DNA of 64,000 nucleotides from an uncultured bacterium (GTDB lineage Bacteria; Chloroflexota; UBA5177; JANWHV01): NCBI GenBank assembly GCA_963827235.1, contig CAWHAE010000009.1, positions 1,088,001 to 1,152,000 of the forward strand, read 5' to 3'. Shown piece by piece: positions 30,464 to 40,404 of this stretch (position 1 is its first letter; each line of letters starts with the position of its first letter). The notes under the pieces were generated by a model. It saw only the letters and a program-made list of their open reading frames with translations, ran no database searches and was not told where the DNA came from. The position numbers and the translations under genes were made by a program.

Positions 30464-30969
30464 GAGTCGGCTCCTGTTTGCTCGTCGGTAGGTTGCGGCG
30501 TCGCTTGCAAGCTGCTGCCTCCGCTGCAATCGTTCGCCTCTACGGGCGCGTGGGGTGTGTTCGCGGTGAACGTGCAGCACTCCAGGTACTGGAGTGCCGA
30601 CCCGAGGATCCGGTATTGGTCCGCTGCGTTCTTCGCACGGGCGTCTGCCGTGGCGATAATCTGAGCGATGCTCGCCTCGAGCTGCGCGACATACCGGGCC
30701 CGAACCAGCTCGCGGAACTCGGGATGTGGGTCCTCCTCGCCGATGACCTGCTCGAGAATGGTGGTGACCGTGGCGTCGACGATCGCCGTGGCTGCCTCGG
30801 TGAAAGAGACAGTCTTCAGGAAGCTCGCCCAGCCGCTGAACACGCCATGCTCCAGCAGCGCCGTCAACGCGGCCTCCTGGATGCCCGCGCGCGGTGGCAG
30901 CGCCTCGCTGAGCCCGGGCACCACTCGGAGACGCCGGTTCTGCCGTTTGGTCCGTATCTTCCTGCCCAC
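30460..30969 (-). CDS. Hypothetical protein translationally coupled to the tape measure gene
   Basis: GTGA stop/start overlap with the TMP gene; 169 aa, helical. Confidence 0.5.
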   Translation of the reverse strand: MGRKIRTKRQNRRLRVVPGLSEALPPRAGIQEAALTALLEHGVFSGWASFLKTVSFTEAATAIVDATVTTILEQVIGEEDPHPEFRELVRARYVAQLEASIAQIIATADARAKNAADQYRILGSALQYLECCTFTANTPHAPVEANDCSGGSSLQATPQPTDEQTGADS

Positions 30970-30984
30970 GTCTGCCTCGATGCT

Positions 30985-31374
30985 TCAGCTGTCAGGACAG
31001 GCGGCGCTGGTACCGGCGCAGCACGCCGGCTCCTGGAGGGCCGTGGGGCGCAATGCCTCGAGCGTCCTCACCCGCGCGTCTGCCTGCTCAATTTTGGCGC
31101 GCGTGCCTGCCAGGAGTGCCCGGTAGTCCTCGAGACACGCCGGCACGACCAACTCGCGTAGGGATTCGCGCGTCGAGGCTTGAAACAGGCCGTCGTGCAA
31201 GGCGTCGGCTAACTGCATCGCCCCTTCGACGAAGGCGGCTTCAGAGTTCGCCAGGCAGGCGGCCCAGCCAGAGTAGATTGCGTACTTGGTCGCCGCCGCG
31301 CGCAGTGCCGCCTCCAATTCGTCTGGGGCGAGCTGTGGGTGCTTATCCTGGCGTCGGAGCAATGTTCTCCGCAT
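30985..31374 (-). CDS. Hypothetical helical protein
   Basis: ATG after AAGGGA; 129 aa. Confidence 0.45.
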   Translation of the reverse strand: MRRTLLRRQDKHPQLAPDELEAALRAAATKYAIYSGWAACLANSEAAFVEGAMQLADALHDGLFQASTRESLRELVVPACLEDYRALLAGTRAKIEQADARVRTLEALRPTALQEPACCAGTSAACPDS

Positions 31375-31449
31375 AAGTGTTTTTCCCTTCACCGTGCCGG
31401 CTACGCCTACGGCCCGGCCGGGGGCCAGACCCCGGCTAGAATGCAAATC

Positions 31450-31679
31450 AGTTCCCCCCTGCAGCGGCGTCATTTGCTCGCACTGAAAGGCGCTCGAGGT
31501 CCTCACCGACCAGAAGTCCACCGGTACTGGACGTAGGCTGATCACGCGGCAGGGGAACTGCCCGGACTTCGCCAACTCGTCCGCTAGCTGCGCGGAAATG
31601 CCCAACATGCGCGCCGCCTGCGGACTTGAGGATCGTGCGACGTCACACGCTCGACCACCTGGCTGTGCTGCTGCCTCAT
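31450..31679 (-). CDS. Excisionase/AlpA-like HTH protein (frameshifted; 3' end approximate)
   Basis: QAARMLGISAQLADELAKSGQFPCRVISL; GAGGGG RBS; immediately downstream of the integrase. Confidence 0.6.
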
Positions 31680-31903
31680 GCTTGCCCCCTCCTCATGCCT
31701 GCTCTTCCGCCTCCATTAAGCCATACTGAGCACAGCAGGTCTCAGCGTTACCCGCGAACTAATGCGTGTCTGCAAACGAGTGCGCAAGAATGCCGGAAAG
31801 TCCTCGCGCGTCACGCGGGGATTGTGGTCGACGAGTGACCGGCGCCGTTGGGGGTGGCTCGGGGGGGATTGGCGCGGTGGAATGCGTAGACCGGTCACGC
31901 AGT

Positions 31904-33649
31904 TTACGATAGGCCGGTCCCCGCCGGCGGGACAACTCCCACCAGCCCAGCCTTCTTGCGCGCAAGGTACCGTCGCATGGCTTCGCGGTGAAGTTCCCGC
32001 GGCGTCTTCGGGTAGGCCGGGCTCTGGACGTCAGGGCCGAGCTCAATCTGCCCTGCATCGATGAGGGCCTGCACGGGCTCGTTCCACTCAACCTCGGCTC
32101 GCAGCCATGTGGACCTGGTCGCGGGAATTCGCTCGGTGATGGTCGCCGACTTCACGAGCTTGAGCACAAGGCTGCGCAGCTCGGCCTCCATGTTCTCTTG
32201 CACCAGGCCGTCGATCACGGTCGCGAGGTCGATCCTGCTGAACTCCGCGTGCAGTTGTTTCGCATCCAGCACAGATGGCGGGGATGGCGGGAGCGCTGCT
32301 AGTTGGCGCTCGGCCTCAAGCACTCGGTCGGATAGCTCTTTGCTCAGGTCACGGTAAGCCGCAAGCTCTGCCGGGCTCGGGTCATCAGCCAACATGGCGA
32401 AACGTCGGACATGACGTCGCATAGCCTCCTTGGCAGCTTCCAGCCGGCGCTGGAGCGCGGGTCTCGGGTTCGGCGTGGTCTCGATGGGTGCCGTCACCCT
32501 GGACAGGTTCCACTGCCGGAAGTGCAATCGCTTGACCTGTGCTAGCAGGGCCAGGTGTGCCGGCGCCGCCGCATACATGTGCTGCTTGCACACCGTCTCG
32601 CCATTCACATGGGGCAGGCACGCGTAGCTTGCAGACCGGGTGTTCCCGTCCGCGTGACGCATGATGACCATGCGGCCGCGGCAGCGCGAGCATCGCAGTA
32701 TTCCGGCCCCTAGTGGGATAGGTCCCGGCAGCTTCGTGCGTACGGGATTCAAGTTCGCCGCTGCCAGCCGCTCCTGTACACGCTTAAACGTCTCTGGATC
32801 CACGAGCGGCTCATGTCCAGCCGGGATCACGAACTCGCTTCCTGGCTCACTCGTCTCGAACGTGCCCAAGCGCTCCCGATTGTACCTCAACGCCCCCATG
32901 TATACGGGATTCGACAGCACGTAGTGGATGCTATCTGTCCTCCACGCCTTGCCCTTGCTTGACTTCGGCAGTGCCGGATCACTGTTCGCCCAGCGTGCGA
33001 GCGTGCGCAGGCTCCAGCCGCCCGCAGCGTACCGTTCGAATAGCTCCGTCACGAACGACGCGGCGGGCTCGTCACGGGTGAGCACCCCTGCTTGATACCG
33101 CCCGCTCGTGCCGCCGAGGCGTTCGCTGTACTTCAAGATGTAGCCGACCGGCACGATTCCGTGATGTTTACCTTCCCGCACACTCCGCTCCATCGCCGGT
33201 CTCACCCGCTTTGCTAGCTGGCGGCTGTATTCCTCACCAAGTCCAGCCCGAATGAACCTCATTAGCCCAGGCTCTTCGCGGCCTTCCTTCACGCTGATGA
33301 AGGGGACCCCCAGGCGCTCAAACTCACGCGCTCGGGTCACCCACTCGCCACCATCGCGGCCAAGGCGATCAAACATGTAGCACAGCACCGCGCCCACTTC
33401 GCCGCGTCGCACGGCACCAAGTACCCGCTGATAGCCCTCACGTGAAACGTGGTGCCCACTTTCGGCGTCACGTTCCACCACTACTAGATCATAGTCCTCG
33501 GCAGCCGCGAACGCGCGGATCGCTTCCTCCTGGACTTCTGGACTGTAGCCTTCGGTTTGCTTCTCGGTGGACACTCGGATATAGCCGGCCGCTGGAACGG
33601 GACCGACCACCGTCCTCAGTATCGGTCGCCTTGCTGGTGCTGCCATCAT
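31904..33649 (-). CDS. Large serine recombinase (integrase)
   Basis: YIRVSTEKQ catalytic Ser, FDRLGR, PVGY recombinase domain, CSRC...YAC...C zinc ribbon and coiled coil; intact 581 aa. Confidence 0.95.
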   Translation of the reverse strand: MMAAPARRPILRTVVGPVPAAGYIRVSTEKQTEGYSPEVQEEAIRAFAAAEDYDLVVVERDAESGHHVSREGYQRVLGAVRRGEVGAVLCYMFDRLGRDGGEWVTRAREFERLGVPFISVKEGREEPGLMRFIRAGLGEEYSRQLAKRVRPAMERSVREGKHHGIVPVGYILKYSERLGGTSGRYQAGVLTRDEPAASFVTELFERYAAGGWSLRTLARWANSDPALPKSSKGKAWRTDSIHYVLSNPVYMGALRYNRERLGTFETSEPGSEFVIPAGHEPLVDPETFKRVQERLAAANLNPVRTKLPGPIPLGAGILRCSRCRGRMVIMRHADGNTRSASYACLPHVNGETVCKQHMYAAAPAHLALLAQVKRLHFRQWNLSRVTAPIETTPNPRPALQRRLEAAKEAMRRHVRRFAMLADDPSPAELAAYRDLSKELSDRVLEAERQLAALPPSPPSVLDAKQLHAEFSRIDLATVIDGLVQENMEAELRSLVLKLVKSATITERIPATRSTWLRAEVEWNEPVQALIDAGQIELGPDVQSPAYPKTPRELHREAMRRYLARKKAGLVGVVPPAGTGLS

Positions 33650-33714
33650 GCTCTCCTTCAGAGTTCTGTATCCCTATATTCATTATACTCTTAACTAGAT
33701 AAATGAGCAATAGT

Positions 33715-34995
33715 GAGCTGTCGGCCCACATTGAAGCCTGGCTGCTCAACATCTGCCGGTACACCGGCGGCACCATGATCAAGGCGGCTCCGACGCTCCG
33801 TCCCCAGGCACTGATCAGCAGGCATCGTCTCCTGGACGTGCTCGACAATTCGTTTAACCGTGGACACGTGCGCAGCGGGCAGGATGCGATCGAGCTAGGG
33901 CGCGCCCGCGCCCGCTTTCTGTCCGCTGCGCCGGAGAGCAACGTGGTCGGGGGCACCGCCGATCTGCTGCTGGAGCTCGACGAGGCGCAGGACCTCGAAG
34001 AAGACAAGGTTCAGCGCGAATTCCGGCCGATGGCAAGCTCGACCAACGCGGCCATCGTGCTCTATGGCACGGCGTGGGACGCCGCAAATCCGCTCGAGCG
34101 CCAGAAGCAGGTCAATCTGGCTCTCCAGCGGCGCGATGGCATACGGCGACACTTCGAATACGACTGGCAGGCCCTGGCCGAGACGTCGCCCGCTTACCGT
34201 GCCTTCGTAGAAGGCGAGATCGCGCGGCTGGGCGCGGACCATCCCATCGTGCGCACGCAGTACCTTCTGCAGACGCTCGAGGACGTCGGCCGGCTATTCA
34301 CACCCGCCATGCGGGCGCTGCTGCAGGGCGGCCACGGGTGCCTGCCCGCGGGGGTGGCTGGAGAAGCATACGTGGCGGGAGTCGACGTGGCCGGCCAGGA
34401 TGCCGAAGCCATGCCCGGGATGCTGGCGCCGGGGACGCCGGGCGGCGGCCGCGACAGCACGGTGACCACGATCGCGCGCCTGCTCTGGACGGACGACCTC
34501 GAGCCCTCGCTTGAGGTGGTGCAACACTATCACTGGTCCGGAGCTGACTACCCGACGCAGCACCATGCCCTCCGACACCTGCTCGGCGAGGTCTTTCCCT
34601 GCAGCCGCATCGTGGTAGACGCCACCGGTCTGGGTGCCGGCGTCGCCTCCTGGCTCGCCGGCGTCATGGGCGGCGAAGTGGTGGAGTCGTTCGTCTTCAC
34701 GGCACCGTCCAAATCCCGCCTGGGATTCACGCTGCTGGCCATGGCAGGCACCGGTCGTTGCCGCATCTATAAACAGGACGGCAGCGCTGCCAGGTGCAGG
34801 CTTCAACAGGAGATCGAGTCGGCGCGCTACGAGCTGGCCGCGAACGAACAGATGCGTTTCTTCGTGCCGGACAGCGAGGGGCACGACGACTTTCTGATCA
34901 GCTTGGCTCTGTGCTGCTATGCGGCGACGATCGCTCCGCCGCCACCAAGCAGCGCCGTTATTCCGCCGCGCTTGGGAAAGTGGCAGGCGTGGTGA
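33715..34995 (+). CDS. terL: Terminase large subunit, 3' part (rest of ATPase plus RNase H-like nuclease)
   Basis: ELSAHIEAWLL..., Walker B LLELDEAQD, motif III YGTAW, nuclease YVAGVDVAG, RDST, VVDATGLG and HDDFLISLAL. Confidence 0.9.
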   Translation, partial: ELSAHIEAWLLNICRYTGGTMIKAAPTLRPQALISRHRLLDVLDNSFNRGHVRSGQDAIELGRARARFLSAAPESNVVGGTADLLLELDEAQDLEEDKVQREFRPMASSTNAAIVLYGTAWDAANPLERQKQVNLALQRRDGIRRHFEYDWQALAETSPAYRAFVEGEIARLGADHPIVRTQYLLQTLEDVGRLFTPAMRALLQGGHGCLPAGVAGEAYVAGVDVAGQDAEAMPGMLAPGTPGGGRDSTVTTIARLLWTDDLEPSLEVVQHYHWSGADYPTQHHALRHLLGEVFPCSRIVVDATGLGAGVASWLAGVMGGEVVESFVFTAPSKSRLGFTLLAMAGTGRCRIYKQDGSAARCRLQQEIESARYELAANEQMRFFVPDSEGHDDFLISLALCCYAATIAPPPPSSAVIPPRLGKWQAW

Positions 34996-35287
34996 GCTAT
35001 AGACAGGATGCACGTGTGCGCTATACTGCTGAGCAGATCCCTCGTTTCCGCACCCTCACGGAGCCCGATCGGCCTGGACTCCCCGCGGAGCGATCATCCG
35101 GCCCGCGTGCCGAGGCCAATGCTCGGCGTAAAGGCAGCAGCGGACCGCCGCCAAGCACCCAGCCAGCCTATGATGTCGTCGCACCCGGCGAGGCGTCAGC
35201 ATCGTCACGAAACCCTGGAGTGGGCGCTCGCGATCGGCGAGTCAGTCGCATCCCACGTGGTGTTCGGAGTGCAGAAAGGATATACGA

Positions 35288-37993
35288 GTGAGATTCCGTA
35301 AGGCGCTTGTTTCCAGCAGTCTCGTGGGAACACTTCTGCTTAGCATGGTCTCCGCAGGCGCCGGCCCCTTCGGGCACGCCAGCTCGCGCGCCGCACCGGC
35401 GGCGGCAGACACCACTGTGCCGGGCGAGACGCCGCCGGAGGTGAGAGCAGGCACTGCCCAGCTCGTAGGTGCTTTCGACACCTCGGCGTCGCTGACCATC
35501 GACGTGACGCTGCCGTACCGCAACCAAGCGGCGCTGCAAGCGTACATTGCCAACCAGGCTAGCCAGGGGATCTACCTCACGCACGAGCAGTTCTATGCTC
35601 AGTTCGCGCCCACGGTCGACCAGATAAACGCCGTGAAGGCTTGGGCGGCGCAGCACGGACTGTCCAGCACGTACACCAGCGCCGACGGCACGACGATCAC
35701 CCTGCAGGGTACGACCGCGGCCATAGAGCACGCCCTCTCGGTGCAGATGAATAGGTACCGATCGGCGAGGCACGGCAGCTACTTCTCGGCGTCGGCCGAT
35801 CCCGTGGTGCCGGCCAATCTCGGCATCAGCGCCGTGACCGGCCTCAACAGCATGGTGCGCTTCCATGTCATGAGCTCGGCCGCGAGCAGACCGTCCAATG
35901 GATATACTCCAGCGGAGCTCCGCAGCATTTACGACGTCGGCAGCAGCTACGACGGCACCAACCAGGCGATCGCCTTCACACTGTGGGGCGAGGCGCTGCG
36001 CAACAGCGACCTCACCGGCTTCGCCAGTGCCACGGGCGACACGCCGATGTCGGGCCAGGTCGTGTCCACGCCGAGTAGCAGCGGCGCCGACACGATCGAC
36101 TGGGTGTACGCCAACGGCGCCGATTCGCACACCGATGCTTGGGACGAGACGGCGATGGACGTGGAGTATGCCCACGGCATGGCTCCGCATTCCCATCTCG
36201 TCTACTATCTCGGCAACGAGATCTGCGACATCACTGGATGCGGCGGCAGCGAGGTTGGGCTGGAGAACGCCATCTCGATGGCGGTGAACAACTCCGCGGT
36301 TCACGTGGTGAGCAACAGCTGGGGCGGTACTGAAGAGACCTCGCCCCTCGATGCGTTCGGCACGGCCCTGGAGAACGACTTCCTACAGGCGGCCGCCGAG
36401 GGCACGACCTTCTATTTTTCTTCCGGCGATGCCGGCAGCGACTCAGGCGGCACGGGGCTGCCGAGCTATCCCGCCGATAGTCCCTACGTGGTCTCGGTGG
36501 GCGGCACCACGCTGAGCACGACCGGCTCCAGCACCTATGCCGGCGAGACTACCTGGAACGTTAGCGGCAGCGGCGGCGGCGGAGCCGGATGCTCGGCCGT
36601 CCTCGCCAAGCCGAGCTATCAGAACGGCGTGTCCACCGGTTGCAGCGGCAGGGCGGAGCCGGACGTCTCCGCCGATTCCGACCCCAGCACGGGTGCCGAC
36701 GTGTACGTCAATGGAGCGAACGAGGTAGTCGGCGGCACCAGCCTGGCGGCGCCGCTCTGGGCGGGCATGGCGGCGGCAGCCGACCGCTACGCAGCGGTAA
36801 ACGGGCTGAGCCGTATCGGCTGGGCGAATCCCAAGATCTATGCCCTGGCCGCCAGTGCCACGAAGTACGCGTCCGACTTCCACGACGTGACATCGGGCAC
36901 AACTTACGGATCGATCGCCTACGGCGCAGGCACCGGCTGGGATCGGGCCACCGGCTGGGGCAGCATCGACTGGTCGCACTACGTGTGCGACATAGTCGGC
37001 ACCTCCAGCGGCTGCAGCGGAAGTTCGAGCAATACTGCGACGCCGACCAGCACGCCGGTACCGCCTACCGCCACGAAGACGAACACGCCGCTACCGACGG
37101 CGACGAAGACGAACACGCCGCTACCGACGGCGACGAAGACGAACACGCCACTACCGACGGCGACGAAGACGAACACCCCGCTGCCGACGGCGACGAAGGC
37201 GAACACCCCACTGCCGACGGCGACGAAGACGAACACCCCGCTGCCGACGGCGACGAAGACGAACACCCCGCTGCCAACGGCGACCAGGACGAGCACGCCG
37301 GTGTCCCCGGCGCCGACCCGCACGAGCACGCCGGTCAGCACGGGCTGTGCCAGTGACGGTACCTGCCTAACCGGCCTTACCGCCAGCGCGACGTCGGCAT
37401 CGGTCAACACGTCCGTGACGCTCACCGCCAATGCCAACCGGAACGTCGGCCCGACCGTGTGGTACATCGACATCGTGAACGAATCCGGCACGATCCTCGG
37501 GGCCTGCGCCTCGGGCACCAGCTGCGCGCTCAGTGTTACGTCCGGCACGGCGGCAAGCCACCAGTACACGGCATGGCTGAGCACATCCAGCACCAGTATT
37601 GCCGGTGGCGGATCACATACCTCCAGCGTGACCGTGACCTGGACGGGAAGCAGTGCCACGGCTACCAGCACGCCCACGGGGAGCGGTAGCTGCGCATCCG
37701 ACGGCACCTGCCTGAAGGGCCTCACGGCCAGCAGCACCTCTCCGTCGGTGAGCTCGTCCGTGACCCTGACGGCGTCCACCAGCAAGGACGTGGGACCGAC
37801 CATTTGGTATATCGACATCGTGAACGAGAGCGGGACCATTCTGACGAGCTGCGGCGTGGGCTCGAGCTGCTCGGCCGGCGTCAGCTCGTCCACGGCAACC
37901 AGTCACCAGTACAAGGCGTGGCTGAGCACGTCGGGCACGAGCATTGCCGGCGGCGGCCCGAGCTCCAGTTCGGTCACCGTGACCTGGCACTGA
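35288..37993 (+). CDS. Secreted S53 (sedolisin/kumamolisin) peptidase with pro-domain, Pro/Thr linker and two Ig-like domains
   Basis: Signal peptide; [31 protein letters not shown] and GWDRATGWG. Confidence 0.92.
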   Translation: MRFRKALVSSSLVGTLLLSMVSAGAGPFGHASSRAAPAAADTTVPGETPPEVRAGTAQLVGAFDTSASLTIDVTLPYRNQAALQAYIANQASQGIYLTHEQFYAQFAPTVDQINAVKAWAAQHGLSSTYTSADGTTITLQGTTAAIEHALSVQMNRYRSARHGSYFSASADPVVPANLGISAVTGLNSMVRFHVMSSAASRPSNGYTPAELRSIYDVGSSYDGTNQAIAFTLWGEALRNSDLTGFASATGDTPMSGQVVSTPSSSGADTIDWVYANGADSHTDAWDETAMDVEYAHGMAPHSHLVYYLGNEICDITGCGGSEVGLENAISMAVNNSAVHVVSNSWGGTEETSPLDAFGTALENDFLQAAAEGTTFYFSSGDAGSDSGGTGLPSYPADSPYVVSVGGTTLSTTGSSTYAGETTWNVSGSGGGGAGCSAVLAKPSYQNGVSTGCSGRAEPDVSADSDPSTGADVYVNGANEVVGGTSLAAPLWAGMAAAADRYAAVNGLSRIGWANPKIYALAASATKYASDFHDVTSGTTYGSIAYGAGTGWDRATGWGSIDWSHYVCDIVGTSSGCSGSSSNTATPTSTPVPPTATKTNTPLPTATKTNTPLPTATKTNTPLPTATKTNTPLPTATKANTPLPTATKTNTPLPTATKTNTPLPTATRTSTPVSPAPTRTSTPVSTGCASDGTCLTGLTASATSASVNTSVTLTANANRNVGPTVWYIDIVNESGTILGACASGTSCALSVTSGTAASHQYTAWLSTSSTSIAGGGSHTSSVTVTWTGSSATATSTPTGSGSCASDGTCLKGLTASSTSPSVSSSVTLTASTSKDVGPTIWYIDIVNESGTILTSCGVGSSCSAGVSSSTATSHQYKAWLSTSGTSIAGGGPSSSSVTVTWH
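37063..37290 (+). repeat. 30-bp coding tandem repeat ([10 protein letters not shown], about 7 copies)
   Basis: Directly visible CCGACGGCGACGAAGACGAACACSCCRCTR units. Confidence 0.9.
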
Positions 37994-38033
37994 GGCGCCG
38001 CTCGGACTAGCGGGTAACCTTCGGCAAGGCAAC

Positions 38034-38063
38034 AGGGGTGCGCGGCGGCTGCCACGCACCCCT
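38034..38063. terminator. Stem-loop between convergent genes
   Basis: AGGGGTGCG / CGCACCCCT inverted repeat. Confidence 0.5.
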
Positions 38064-38083
38064 TCCTGTCGGCGCGCTTTGTG

Positions 38084-38956
38084 TCAGATGTTCGTCTGGT
38101 CGGGCGGCACGATGCCGGGGCCGAGCACGGCAGTGGCGGCGGTATCACCGGACACGGCCGCCCGGGGAATCTGCACGGTATAGCAGGTCATCGACAGCGA
38201 TCCGTAGGCATAGCCGGGCACGACCACTTCCGGCGTGGCGCCGCCGGCCGCGGCGAGGCCGGCGACGTAGAGCAAGGGGATGAAGTGGTCGGGCGTGGGC
38301 ACGGCCGAGGCGAAATCCGCGTGTTCCCTGAGCTTGAGGATGTCGCCCGGAGCTTCCACCATAAGTGACCGCGCGGCCTCGTCGAAGCGGCGCGCCCAGG
38401 CGAACCCGCCCTCCGGCTGATTCCAGTCGATGCCGCGCAGGTTGTGCACCACGTTGCCGCTTGCCATGATCAGCACGCCTCGCTGGCACAGCGGCGCCAG
38501 CTGCTGGGCCAGCTCGAAGTGGTAGGACAAGGGCTGCACGCTATTGAGCGAGAGCTGCACGACGGGCACGTCGGCCGCCGGGAACACGTGTGCCAGCACC
38601 GACCAGGTGCCGTGGTCGAGTCCCCAACTATCGGCGTCCAGCCCAATCCAGCGCGGTTTGACGAGCTCCGCCACTTCCGCGGCGACTTCGGGCGCGCCGG
38701 GCGCCGGGTACTGGAAGGCAAACAGCTCGGCGGGGAAGCCGTAGAAGTCGTGGATCGTGCGCGGAGCGCCCATCGCGGTCACGGCGGTGGCGTTCGTATA
38801 CCAGTGTGCGGAGACCATCAGAATGGCGCGGGGCCGGGCGACCGCGGTACCAAACGCTCGCCAGGCTTCGGTATAGCGATTCCGCTCCAGCGTGTTCATG
38901 GGACTGCCGTGGCCGAAGAAGGCCACGGGTGCCCGCGACGTGGGCTCGTGGATCAT
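38084..38956 (-). CDS. ygiD: 4,5-DOPA extradiol dioxygenase (LigB family)
   Basis: FFGHGSPMN, SAHW, TIHDFYGFP, GLDHGTW, SGNVVHNL and PTPDHFIPL. Confidence 0.9.
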   Translation of the reverse strand: MIHEPTSRAPVAFFGHGSPMNTLERNRYTEAWRAFGTAVARPRAILMVSAHWYTNATAVTAMGAPRTIHDFYGFPAELFAFQYPAPGAPEVAAEVAELVKPRWIGLDADSWGLDHGTWSVLAHVFPAADVPVVQLSLNSVQPLSYHFELAQQLAPLCQRGVLIMASGNVVHNLRGIDWNQPEGGFAWARRFDEAARSLMVEAPGDILKLREHADFASAVPTPDHFIPLLYVAGLAAAGGATPEVVVPGYAYGSLSMTCYTVQIPRAAVSGDTAATAVLGPGIVPPDQTNI

Positions 38957-39114
38957 GCTTGCCTCCTGATCCGGCTGGACGCGGGTCGCGGCTGCAATAC
39001 CCTCGCTCAATCCGCGCCGCGCGTCGGGGCCATGGTAGCAGACCGAGCGGCGGCACGCAGGCAGAGCGCGCACGGCGACAGAATTGGCTAGCGACGCCGT
39101 GCATCGACGGTGCT

Positions 39115-40239
39115 CTACTGTCTGCCGGCTCGATCCAGGCTGAACTTGCGGTTCTCGACCACGCGGTCGACCAGCTCCGTAGGAAGCAGTCCCCCGTGCA
39201 GGAGGCGATCGTTCAGCGCAATTGCCGTCTCGTCGTCGCCGAGCCAGTAGCAGGCAACGGCGCACTCCAGTGCTATGAGGTAGTCATAGAGGGTCACCTC
39301 GACGAACAGGCGGTTGCCGGCCGGGCGAGGGATGCGCAGTGCCTTGTCCAGGAAGAGATGGGCAGTGTGATACTCACGCCGGCCCTGATAGTACAGTCCG
39401 ACGCGAAAGAGCGGCTCAGCGCGGTCGGGGCTATGCTGATAGGCCGCCAAGTAGTGTTCCAGCACCTCCGGCCACGGCCGCGCCATGCCGTGCTCGATGC
39501 CGGCGATCTGGTACAGGGATACCCAGACTTCCTCGCGCCAGCCGCCCATCTCGACGCGGCGGCGGTAGTGGCGCAGCGCCAGCACCGGATCGCCGGCGTC
39601 GCGGTAGGACTGGGCCAGGTAGAAGACGTAGCGGGCATTGCGCGGCTCGTCGATCAGCGCCTGTTCCAGCACCAGGGCATCCCGGCGATAGGTAAGGGGG
39701 TCGTGGGCGCGAGCGCCGTCGTGGAATGCGGTTTGGTAGAGGCCGGGCAGGATTTCCTCGCTGTTGGGCGCCTCGCAGGTGAGATACTCGTGCAGCACTC
39801 CCGTGTAGTGCCAGGGCAGACTGCAGCGGATCAGCCGCTTCGAAAGATAGGACGTCCCTCCGTAGCGCACTTCGAGCAGATAACCGTCCGCGCTGAACGC
39901 CGGCATGGTGAAGCCGGGTGCCACGCCCAGCACGTGGTCGGCGTCCATGAGCAGGGCGTAGTCGCAGCGTGCAGCGCCGGTTCCGCTTTCCCGCAGATAG
40001 CCCAGGGCCTGCGTCCGGTTGAAGGAGAAGTCGACCCATGGATGCTCGTGAAGCTCTCCCGGCACGTCGCGCAGGCAGTCGCGGACGATCTGGATGGTGT
40101 CGTCGGACGATCCGGTGTCGACGATGGCCCAGTAGTCGATCACGGGAAGCACGGATTCGAGGCAGCGACGAATGACCGGCGCCTCGTTCTTGACGATCAT
40201 GTTCAGGCAGATGGACTGGCTTCGACTCACCCGGCTCAT
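39115..40239 (-). CDS. GT2 glycosyltransferase with TPR repeats
   Basis: ICLNMIVKNE, VDTGSSD, MDAD, GVLHE and FYLAQSYRD. Confidence 0.88.
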   Translation of the reverse strand: MSRVSRSQSICLNMIVKNEAPVIRRCLESVLPVIDYWAIVDTGSSDDTIQIVRDCLRDVPGELHEHPWVDFSFNRTQALGYLRESGTGAARCDYALLMDADHVLGVAPGFTMPAFSADGYLLEVRYGGTSYLSKRLIRCSLPWHYTGVLHEYLTCEAPNSEEILPGLYQTAFHDGARAHDPLTYRRDALVLEQALIDEPRNARYVFYLAQSYRDAGDPVLALRHYRRRVEMGGWREEVWVSLYQIAGIEHGMARPWPEVLEHYLAAYQHSPDRAEPLFRVGLYYQGRREYHTAHLFLDKALRIPRPAGNRLFVEVTLYDYLIALECAVACYWLGDDETAIALNDRLLHGGLLPTELVDRVVENRKFSLDRAGRQ

Positions 40240-40404
40240 CGTGTTCCACTTGCTGGCGCTCGGTCGTCCCGCCAGCAAGTGTAGCAGGCTCTTGCGGCTC
40301 CCATTCATCAGATGGATTCGGGTTATGTACACTCATAACGTGGTACTTCTTCGAGATATCGCCCTGTACGCCTCGAGTGCCGGCCCAGGCCGGAGAGGGC
40401 GCGC

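Larger units (their letters stand above)
16999..33716 (-). mobile_element. 16.7-kb serine-integrase element (phage-satellite-like) integrated in terL
   Basis: Flanked by the two terL halves with a shared GA core (16997-16998 and 33715-33716). The joined element ends form an imperfect inverted repeat. A large serine recombinase lies next to the right junction. Confidence 0.85.

Noticed and set aside
30460-31374. Tail assembly chaperone pair with programmed frameshift upstream of the TMP
   Set aside because: Position fits, but I recognised neither chaperone motifs nor a slippery heptamer.
33703-34995. Treating the 430-aa ORF as a complete terminase
   Set aside because: It lacks the Q-motif and Walker A, which are found at 16811-16998.
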